A stretch of DNA of 13,824 nt from Pseudomonadota bacterium (GCA_031416315.1 JANOTL010000113.1:1-13824), one strand, 5' to 3'. Shown: positions 1 through 6,689, counted from the stretch's first letter. The notes: generated from the sequence alone by a model not told the origin. Program-made: numbers and translations.

Positions 1-14
1 GCACCGGATGCGCA

Positions 15-44
15 TGGGACAACGGCGGGACACTACGGGACAAC
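15..44 (+). repeat. Three direct repeats GGGACA(A/C), candidate integrase arm-type binding sites
   Basis: GGGACAAC (16-23), GGGACACT (27-34), GGGACAAC (37-44), spaced 11 and 10 nt, about 105 nt upstream of a tRNA 3' fragment. Confidence 0.55.
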
Positions 45-148
45 GACCTGCGGCAAAAGGCCAAACGAGACAGAAGATGGTCTTCCGTATCGTGCTGAAA
101 TGCTTTATGTCCTGTATCGCCAGTTGCTGTGGTGTGTTGCATCCCGAG

Positions 149-195
149 GACTGTTAATCACCTGGTCGTAGGTTCGAGTCCTACCTGGGGAGCCA
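149..195 (+). mobile_element. 3' half of tRNA-Asn(GTT), probable att site (displaced tRNA fragment) of an integrated element lying upstream
   Basis: GA-CTGTTAA-TCACC (anticodon GTT at 153-155), T arm GTAGG-TTCGAGT-CCTAC, acceptor 3' strand CTGGGGA-G-CCA ending at 195. No D arm or 5' acceptor strand at the expected position (~120-145), and the 5' side of the anticodon stem breaks down before 149. Confidence 0.85.
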
Positions 196-246
196 CGGCC
201 CAAGTAAATGCCGCCCGCTGGGGTCGGCATTTCGATGGGCCGTGGC
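192..246. terminator. Long hairpin after the tRNA 3' end, possible bidirectional terminator
   Basis: GCCACGGCCCA (192-202) pairs with TGGGCCGTGGC (236-246); inner AAATGCCG (206-213) pairs with CGGCATTT (225-232). T-tracts are only 3 nt. Confidence 0.55.
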
Positions 247-261
247 GCCCGAGAATGCTTG

Positions 262-330
262 CCGCTGACGCTCGCCTGGCTCGCGTGCGGGCCTACGCGC
301 ATCAAACGCTCGCCCGGGCTCGCGTTTGAT
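262..330. repeat. Two REP-like imperfect palindromes ACGCTCGC-N3/4-GCTCGCGT
   Basis: Copies at 268-286 and 306-325. The second is closed by ATCAAACGC/GCGTTTGAT (301-309/322-330), the first by CCGC/GCGG (262-265/287-290). Confidence 0.55.
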
Positions 331-380
331 CTTGGCGCGAGAATCTGGGGAGCTATTCTTCTCGCGGTCCGCGGGACGAG

Positions 381-1154
381 CTAGGGAGCAAACGCCGGCG
401 CGAGTGCTTGGAACCGGGGGTGCTTGCGCACGCCGATTCGGTGCAGAAAGCCTTCCAACGAGCAGCGCAAAACGCCAAAGCCGTATTTCACGCTGCGACT
501 GAAATTAATCGAGCTGGCTTCCGGAAAGTACTTCGTTGGCACCGATATCTCGCCAATAAGAAAACCGGCCAAGTGGCACTGAACCAGCATTTCATTGTCG
601 AACACAAACTCGTCGCTATTCGAGTCAAAGGCCACGCGCGTCAAGACCTGTCGCGAAAATGCTCGGTAGCCTGTGTGATATTCTGAAAGCTTTTGACCGA
701 TGAGCAGGTTTTCCACGAAGGTCAGTACGCGGTTAAAGAAATATTTGTAGAGCGGCATTCCGCCTTTCAACGCGCCCATTCCCAAAATGCGCGATCCCAG
801 GGAAACGTCGTACACACCCGACGCGACTAACCCCGCCAACGGGCCCAGCAACTTGGGTTCGTACTGGTAATCGGGGTGCAGCATCACGACCACGTCGGCG
901 CTAGCATCCAGGGCGGCGCGGTAGCAGGTCTTTTGGTTCCCGCCGTAACCGCGGTTGAAGTCGTGGCGAAGCACTTGAAGGGGAAATTGTGACTTGAGGC
1001 GTTCGGCAACCGTGACGGTGGCGTCGCTGGAGCAATCGTCCACCAGGATAAAAAGATCCACCACCCCGTGGGGCGCTTCCCGGAGCGTTTTTTCGAGGGT
1101 CCTTGCCGCGTTGTACGCGGGAAGAACGCAGACGATTCTTTTCCCGTTCAGCAT
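381..1154 (-). CDS. Glycosyltransferase family 2, DPM1-like (polyprenol-phosphate sugar synthase type)
   Basis: 257 aa; VLPAYNAA, VDDCSSD, NRGYGGNQK, HPDYQY (DxD-equivalent), GSR, TGYRAF, FVFDNEML, EISVPTKY; no obvious C-terminal TM helices. Confidence 0.92.
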   Translation of the reverse strand: MLNGKRIVCVLPAYNAARTLEKTLREAPHGVVDLFILVDDCSSDATVTVAERLKSQFPLQVLRHDFNRGYGGNQKTCYRAALDASADVVVMLHPDYQYEPKLLGPLAGLVASGVYDVSLGSRILGMGALKGGMPLYKYFFNRVLTFVENLLIGQKLSEYHTGYRAFSRQVLTRVAFDSNSDEFVFDNEMLVQCHLAGFLIGEISVPTKYFPEASSINFSRSVKYGFGVLRCSLEGFLHRIGVRKHPRFQALAPAFAP

Positions 1155-1160
1155 GGGGCC

Positions 1161-1189
1161 ATCCTAAATGCTAATCGCGTGGACCGCAA
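1161..1189 (-). promoter_or_regulatory. Putative sigma70 promoter for the GT2 gene
   Basis: Minus strand TTGCGG (1189-1184), 17-nt spacer, TAGGAT (1166-1161), then 6 nt to the ATG at 1154; A-tract upstream of -35. Confidence 0.4.
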
Positions 1190-1218
1190 TTTTTGGAGCG
1201 CTGGGACCTGGTGCGCCT

Positions 1219-2658
1219 TCATCGGGGCCCAGCAGGCGGAAAAGCCGCTTTGCTTTGGTAGCCGCTTTCTTTCAAGCGCCCACTCCACGTCCAGTAAAAC
1301 AGCGCGAGTGCTAAAGAAATGCCAATCGCTAGGCGCAACGCCGGCGTGTGCCAATTGGGCCCGGCGAGTTGATCAAAGTAGAAACGCCAGAGCGGCACGC
1401 CCGATTTGGGCAGCGCGGTGTCCACCGACAAAAAGAGAATCTGCAGGAAAACCGAGAGACCAATCAGCACCCACGCCAGCCGCTGCAGGCGCGGCGGAAA
1501 ACGATCCCACACCAAACCCAAAACCGGGGCCAGCAAAACCAACCCTGAGGAGAGGTAGCGCGGGCCTGCGGTGCTGCCGCCGTGCCAGCCATTGAACGAG
1601 CTATTCATCATAAAGAGAAGAACGAAAAACAGGAGCGGCAACGCAAGATCGCCGCGGTGGCGAGCGGCGAAAACCTCCCGCCGCAAGGTGGGAACGGCGA
1701 AGAGGGAAACCAAAAGCAATAGGACCCACGGCTGGGTAAAGAAGAGCCCGCGCGACCAACCCAAAGTCAGGCCCCAAACCGCTTCTAAGCTGGGGAAAAA
1801 GAAGATGCCCCATAAGTTCGCGCGATCCGCCGTCTGCTCCACGAAGGCCGGGTTTTGGAATTGGTTGGGGATGCTAAACGGACCGCCGAAACAGTAGGTG
1901 TGGTAAGCGATCCATACGACAGCCGGAAGCGCCGCCCCGGCGAAGAATTTACCGACCCACTGCGCGCGATGTGTGGAGCGCCGCAGACTGTCGATCCAAA
2001 ATGGTAGCAGCGGGATCAGCAACAGCGCGCCGCTATACTCGCAAAGCGCGCCGAGCCCGAAGAAAAAAGCCGAGAGCCCCACGCGCCCTTGCAGAACCGC
2101 GAGATACAAGGCCAGTGCGCAAACAGCCGCGCAGCCATGGCCGAAATATTGGTTGAGAAAAAGGCACGCCGTGTTGCCAAAAAGTAGCGCGATGGTCGCG
2201 GCTGATCGCGCGCCCCGGCTGGCGCCCGATTTTGTCAGGTGGCGCAGCATCAAAAGCGTGAGCAGAAAAAACGGGACGATCTGAAAAACAAAAGAGAGCA
2301 GGCGCAAATTGCTACCGCCCATGTCGCGGCGCACCCGGTCGCGTTCCTCGCGGCTGGAGATTCCGCGCGTTTGCCACGCGTCGAGGAACGCAAATAGCGG
2401 TGCGCCCAAGAGCGCCGGCCCCGGGGCCTTATTGGAATAGTAATGGCCGTCGGGCGTGCGCGCCCAGTCGACGCTAGCCTTGTAGTAGGCGTCGATGCGT
2501 GGACTGCCGTCTTCGGCCAGGGCGCTGAGCATGGTCCAACGCGACTTCGGATTCGTGCTGAACGGCATTGCGAAGCCGAGCTGCACCAAAAAGAAAAAGA
2601 CAAACCACCCGCGTAACGGATTTCGATAAAAGGGAGTGCTGGATGTGTGGGCGGTCAT
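1219..2658 (-). CDS. Polytopic membrane protein, probable GT-C-fold glycosyltransferase
   Basis: 479 aa, many hydrophobic segments; large loop after TM1 (NPKSR...GSPRID...GHYYSNKAPG), LCEYS, and late WHGGSTAGPRYL motif typical of GT-C/ArnT-like uncharacterised proteins; starts 7 nt after the upstream stop. Confidence 0.7.
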   Translation of the reverse strand: MTAHTSSTPFYRNPLRGWFVFFFLVQLGFAMPFSTNPKSRWTMLSALAEDGSPRIDAYYKASVDWARTPDGHYYSNKAPGPALLGAPLFAFLDAWQTRGISSREERDRVRRDMGGSNLRLLSFVFQIVPFFLLTLLMLRHLTKSGASRGARSAATIALLFGNTACLFLNQYFGHGCAAVCALALYLAVLQGRVGLSAFFFGLGALCEYSGALLLIPLLPFWIDSLRRSTHRAQWVGKFFAGAALPAVVWIAYHTYCFGGPFSIPNQFQNPAFVEQTADRANLWGIFFFPSLEAVWGLTLGWSRGLFFTQPWVLLLLVSLFAVPTLRREVFAARHRGDLALPLLFFVLLFMMNSSFNGWHGGSTAGPRYLSSGLVLLAPVLGLVWDRFPPRLQRLAWVLIGLSVFLQILFLSVDTALPKSGVPLWRFYFDQLAGPNWHTPALRLAIGISLALALFYWTWSGRLKESGYQSKAAFPPAGPR

Positions 2659-2665
2659 TCCAACC

Positions 2666-4093
2666 CTATCGCCAGTTCCAATTGTCCAACAACCAAGGGA
2701 AAGTCCAGTACTTCCGCGAGAACTTCGTCATCAGTTTCTCGCTATACGCCGCTTCGCCGGTGTTGGTGACGGCCGCGTCGACGGCCGACTGGCCCGGCCG
2801 CAATAGAATCAACGAATTCTCGAAGAAGGTTCGGTCACAGGCAGGCAGCGTCAGCCGTGGCTCCACCGCTACGGGCTTTGTTCGGCCTTCCGACTGCGCC
2901 TCGATCATCAGCTCAAAAAGATCGTGCGTCTCCGTTTGTTTCCACTCCAGGTAGAAGAGATCGTAGGCGCGCAGCGCCCGAACGTGGACGAGGCCGAGAG
3001 TCAGCGCAAAGACGACGGTCCCCCAGCGCTCGAGGCTCCATCGCAACCGCAAGTGCTCGCCGACGGCAGCGAGCCCGCGCTTTGCTATGACAACCAGCAT
3101 CATTGAGGCGAAGGGCACGTAAAGGTAGAAGTACCGAGGCGTCAGCGGATAGCCTTTCCCAAAGACGTTCCAGAACAGGCCGCCGGCGATCATGCCGGCG
3201 AGCAGAAACATCAGGCGGCCATCACGGGAGCTCAGGCACCAGATCGCGGTGATCGCTACGATGCCGAGCCGCAGGGAGGTCGGGACGTCAAAGGGCGCGG
3301 CCAGCGAGGCCAAGAAACCGAGAAGCTTTTTCAGTTCGAAGAAATAGCCGGGCGCCGTCGTCGGAAAATAGCGCAGAGATACGATATTCAGCAGAACCGC
3401 TATAGCCGTTGCGGCCAAAAGGCCAGCTAAGGACCGCCAGGGGATCCTTGACTCAGTGAACCAGGAGTAGAGACCAGCGATGACTGGAAAGACCAGAACG
3501 GTGGGATGAAGGAGCAGTGCGACTAAGTAGAACGAGGGAGACGCGATCGTCCGCATCCTTCCGCCCCGCATCCAGCTCAACAAGGCGACAAAGAAAAAAA
3601 AAGCAGAAAGTAGGATATGCCCAGCTGAAATCCAGACGACCGCCTGAGCGTGAACGCGATAGAGAAGGAAGACGGTCGCCGACGAAACGGCTACGACTCG
3701 GTCCTTGAACAATTCCAGCGCTATCAGGCACACGAGGCCGGCGTTCACAGCATGTAGCGCGTACGACGCGATGCGATACTTCCATTCGCTCATTTCGAAG
3801 GCGAGATTTCTCGCGACCCGAAACAGGAGGCTGAGCGGGAGATACCGAGATTTCGTCGACGAGTCGCTGAAATGAAGCGTTGGGTTCAGAAACTCGACGA
3901 TGTTCTCGCGGGCTTGCCTCAGAAAAACGAGATCACAGAGGTCGTCGGCAATGAAGAAGTGGCCCAACGCCTCCCAGTAGACGCAGAGGAGGGCGCCGAA
4001 GAAAAGCAATGTCAGAGCGATCGTTTGGCGCAACGTAACCAAATTCGGCTGCACTCCGTCCGAGGCGATGAAACGAAACAAAGAATCATTCAA
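2666..4093 (-). CDS. Polytopic membrane protein, PMT/TMTC-like GT-C-fold glycosyltransferase (divergent)
   Basis: 475 aa, TTG start uncertain; DD motif after TM1 (FFIADDL), ALHAVNAGLV, VHAQAVVWIS, late PRYFYL, short soluble C-terminal domain. Confidence 0.7.
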   Translation of the reverse strand: MNDSLFRFIASDGVQPNLVTLRQTIALTLLFFGALLCVYWEALGHFFIADDLCDLVFLRQARENIVEFLNPTLHFSDSSTKSRYLPLSLLFRVARNLAFEMSEWKYRIASYALHAVNAGLVCLIALELFKDRVVAVSSATVFLLYRVHAQAVVWISAGHILLSAFFFFVALLSWMRGGRMRTIASPSFYLVALLLHPTVLVFPVIAGLYSWFTESRIPWRSLAGLLAATAIAVLLNIVSLRYFPTTAPGYFFELKKLLGFLASLAAPFDVPTSLRLGIVAITAIWCLSSRDGRLMFLLAGMIAGGLFWNVFGKGYPLTPRYFYLYVPFASMMLVVIAKRGLAAVGEHLRLRWSLERWGTVVFALTLGLVHVRALRAYDLFYLEWKQTETHDLFELMIEAQSEGRTKPVAVEPRLTLPACDRTFFENSLILLRPGQSAVDAAVTNTGEAAYSEKLMTKFSRKYWTFPWLLDNWNWR

Positions 4094-4207
4094 GCGGATT
4101 TATCATCAAATCCTGCCGTAACGAACACGATTTGTTTACGCGAGCGGTCGTGAGGGCGAGCGCTTGCGATCGAGGCGAATTCTAGTCGGCTGGGCCCTCG
4201 CAAGGCC

Positions 4208-4444
4208 CTACTCAGCGACCTTTGCCTTGGACCAATCGATAAAGTCAGGCGTATCTCGCCACCACGTCGCGAACGCCTGGGGACTCCCGAGCCTAACCAG
4301 CTCGCCTAGCTTTGGGGTCGCCAGCCGCACGCCGCGCTTCTCCGCCTCGACCGCTGTGCGCTCCGCCGGATCGAACCAGTCGTGAAACGAAAGCTCGTAG
4401 GCACCCCAGTGAACAGGGACCATCACGGCGCCCCTCAGATCCAC
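4208..4444 (-). pseudogene. C-terminal remnant of a RomA/NAPE-PLD-like MBL-fold metallo-hydrolase
   Basis: DLRGAVMVPVHWGAYELSFHDWFDPAER...ATPKLGE...WWR matches the family C-terminus (PxHWGxF/Y-xLxxHxW); an in-frame stop lies about 14 codons upstream and there is no HxHxDH motif. Confidence 0.75.
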
Positions 4445-4483
4445 ATCAAAATTGATCTCGAGCGCGTATAAATGGCGGCAGCC

Positions 4484-4678
4484 CTAGTGCTCGCCTTCGG
4501 CTTCGGCCATTTTTCGCAGGACGACGGCGCGAGTCTCGGGATCGACCTTTGCGGCTTTCATCAGCTTCTCGGCAGCGGCGAAGTCGTCGGCGTCGACGGC
4601 ATCAAAGAAGGCGTCGCACAGATCGAAGGCTGCCAGCTTTTCCAAAACGAGCGTGCCTTCAAAATCGGATTCATCCAT
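4484..4678 (-). CDS. Small acidic hypothetical protein (64 aa)
   Basis: ATG start with GAGG 7 nt upstream, host-like codon usage, helical acidic sequence MDESDFEGTLVLEKLA...FFDAVDADDF...KMAEAEGEH. Confidence 0.75.
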   Translation of the reverse strand: MDESDFEGTLVLEKLAAFDLCDAFFDAVDADDFAAAEKLMKAAKVDPETRAVVLRKMAEAEGEH

Positions 4679-4757
4679 CAGCGAGCCTCAAGTCGTGGTG
4701 GGCGAAAGAGCCGCCCGGCGAGCCCATCTCTCATGGAACCTTTGCTTATCATGAGGC

Positions 4758-5666
4758 ATGATGACTCTGCTCGCGACCACCTTCCTAACGTCCTCGTTGC
4801 TCGTGCGCGCCTTGCCGGTGCCGTTTCCGGGCTCCTCCCTGTACGCTCCCAACGACGGGCTGCCTCATCCGGGTGTCGTGTTACTGCATGGGAGCGAGGG
4901 CGGCACGCGCTCGTCGTTCCGTGCCGAGGCCCAGCTTCTCGCCGCTCAAGGTTATGTTGCGCTCGCCTTTTGCTACGCCGGCTGCCCGGAGGGGGGAGAG
5001 CGAGATCTCTACCTGCCGCGCTTCGACCTGGCGTCGATTCCGCTGGAGAGGACGCAGGAAGCGCTCGCGTGGCTCATCAGCTCGGAGCTCGTCGGTGGCG
5101 GGAAGGTCGCTCTGGTCGGGTATTCCCGCGGCGCTGAGCAGGCCCTGATCCTGGCGAGCCTGCTGGCGAAGGAAAGCGCGCCCGCTCAGCCTGCGGCCGT
5201 TGCCGTTCATGCCGCGAGCGACGTCGTCGTGCCGGCCTTCAACTGGCATTGGCGCAACGAGCTGTGTCATGACGAGCTGGGCACCTGGCATGAGATCTGC
5301 GGCATCCCACCGCCAAAGACGCCCGCAGATCATCCGCCGGCCTGGACCTGGCGTGGCTCCACGACCGCCGTAGCCCCTGGATCCCGCATCGAAATCGAGC
5401 GTTACGCCGGACCCGTGTTCTTGAGTCACGGCGGCCGCGACCAAATTTGGGGCATCGGGCGCACCCGCCACATCGAGGAGCGGCTGATCGCAGCGGGCCG
5501 CGCGCCTCGGGTAAAATACTTTCCCGAGGAAGGTCATCATTTTCGCCTCCCGGCCGAGGACGAGAGGAAAAAATTCCTGCTCGAGTTTCTCGGCATGGCT
5601 CTTGCTCCGGATTTGAGAATGCTCGTGCCTCTCGACCGAAGTGAGAGAAAGGGGATCCCACGATGA
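4758..5666 (+). CDS. Alpha/beta hydrolase, BAAT/acyl-CoA thioesterase C-terminal (dienelactone hydrolase-like) family
   Basis: LHGSEGG oxyanion loop, GYSRG nucleophile elbow, SHGGRDQIW (Asp), EGHHF (His); ATGA overlap with the next gene. Confidence 0.88.
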   Translation: MMTLLATTFLTSSLLVRALPVPFPGSSLYAPNDGLPHPGVVLLHGSEGGTRSSFRAEAQLLAAQGYVALAFCYAGCPEGGERDLYLPRFDLASIPLERTQEALAWLISSELVGGGKVALVGYSRGAEQALILASLLAKESAPAQPAAVAVHAASDVVVPAFNWHWRNELCHDELGTWHEICGIPPPKTPADHPPAWTWRGSTTAVAPGSRIEIERYAGPVFLSHGGRDQIWGIGRTRHIEERLIAAGRAPRVKYFPEEGHHFRLPAEDERKKFLLEFLGMALAPDLRMLVPLDRSERKGIPR

Positions 5667-6103
5667 ATCTGGCTGAGATCATGACGCGCGACGTCATCGT
5701 CATCGCACCGGATGCGACGCTGCAAGAGGCCGCTGTGAAAATGCGCGAGGAGGACGTCGGCTTCCTGCCCGTTACCGACGGCCTCGACATCGTCGGCGCG
5801 CTCACCGACCGTGACCTTGTCGTGCGCGGCACGGCCCAGGGCGCCGACCCGCGCGGGATGCGCGGGCGCGAGGTGATGAGCACCGACGTCGTGTTCGTCT
5901 TCGAGGATCAGGCGGTGCTCGAGGCCGTCCGGTTGATGGAAGTGCGGCAGATCCGCCGGCTGGTCGTCTTGACGCGAGCCCAGCAGCTCGCGGGCATCGT
6001 CTCCATCGGCGACGTCGCCACGCAGGCGCACGATCGCGCGCTCGCCGGCGAGGCCTTGCAACAGGTTTCCGAGCCCGGTCACGCCCATCCGCAGCTGCAT
6101 TGA
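5663..6103 (+). CDS. CBS-domain pair protein (YhcV/Hrp1-like)
   Basis: IMTRDV...EAAVKM...GFLPV...GALTDRDLVVR and VMSTDV...IRRLVV...GIVSIGDV; purine-rich SD upstream. Confidence 0.93.
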   Translation: MNLAEIMTRDVIVIAPDATLQEAAVKMREEDVGFLPVTDGLDIVGALTDRDLVVRGTAQGADPRGMRGREVMSTDVVFVFEDQAVLEAVRLMEVRQIRRLVVLTRAQQLAGIVSIGDVATQAHDRALAGEALQQVSEPGHAHPQLH

Positions 6104-6135
6104 CGCGCGGCGTCCCTGCGCGAAAGGAGAGATAG

Positions 6136-6681
6136 ATGGAAAGTCCGCTGGAGATTCGGTACCACGGCCTCTCGTCGTCGGCAGCGCTTAACCTCGAGAT
6201 CGAAGAGTACGTCGCCGACTTGGAGCGTATTTGCCGCAACGTCGTCAGCGCGCGCGTGACGATCGAGATGACGACGCACCGCCATCGCAAGGGGAACCCG
6301 TTTCGCGTGACCATCGACGTGCACGTCCCTGGCGCGCAGCTGGTGGTGAGCCGTGCGCCTATCGAAGGTCGCGAGCTATCGGATCCTTACGTCGCCCTGC
6401 GCTACGCGTTCGACGCGATGCAAGGCGAGGTGCATGAATACGTCGAGAAAAGGCGGCGCGAGGTCAAGCATCACGAAGATCCGCTCGGCGTCGGTCGCGT
6501 GGCGCGCCTATTCCCGTTCGAGGGCTACGGCTTCATCGCTTCGAACGACGGTCGCGAGGTCTTTTTCGACGAGAGCGCGGTGACCGGCGGCAAGTTCGAG
6601 CGGCTCGACGTCGGATCGACGGTCCGATTTTTCGAGGTCCGCGGCGAAAAAGGCCCGCAGGCCAGCACCGTCCATGCTTGA
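6136..6681 (+). CDS. HPF/RaiA (S30EA) domain fused to a C-terminal cold-shock domain
   Basis: PLEIRYHGL...HRHRKGNPFRVTIDVHVPG...AFDAM...VKHHE, then GRVARLFPFEGYGFI...GREVFF...GEKGPQASTV; SD AAGGAG upstream. Confidence 0.92.
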   Translation: MESPLEIRYHGLSSSAALNLEIEEYVADLERICRNVVSARVTIEMTTHRHRKGNPFRVTIDVHVPGAQLVVSRAPIEGRELSDPYVALRYAFDAMQGEVHEYVEKRRREVKHHEDPLGVGRVARLFPFEGYGFIASNDGREVFFDESAVTGGKFERLDVGSTVRFFEVRGEKGPQASTVHA

Positions 6682-6689
6682 ATGGTGTC

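Noticed and set aside
120..195. Intact tRNA-Asn gene
   Set aside because: No TCCCCAG acceptor strand, D arm or complete anticodon stem at the required positions
142..195. D-armless mini-tRNA using TCCCGAG (142-148) as the 5' acceptor strand
   Set aside because: 6/7 pairing with CTGGGGA but it leaves only a 2-bp anticodon stem; more simply chance next to an att core
105..329. 66-aa ORFs at 105-305 (-) and 129-329 (+)
   Set aside because: They run across the tRNA fragment and hairpins and show no protein-like features
15..366. CRISPR array or iterons
   Set aside because: Repeats are too short and too few, with no regular unique spacers and no cas or rep gene
345..389. CTGGGGAGC (345-353) and CTAGGGAGC (381-389) as further tRNA-end att remnants
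   Set aside because: Only 8-9 nt matches, one overlapping the GT2 stop codon; too short to support
4734..4746. Sigma54 promoter TGGAAC...TTGC upstream of the hydrolase
   Set aside because: GG-to-GC spacing is 7 nt instead of the required 10
4472..5137. 221-aa plus-strand ORF
   Set aside because: Antisense to the 64-aa gene and out of frame over the hydrolase; no recognisable motifs
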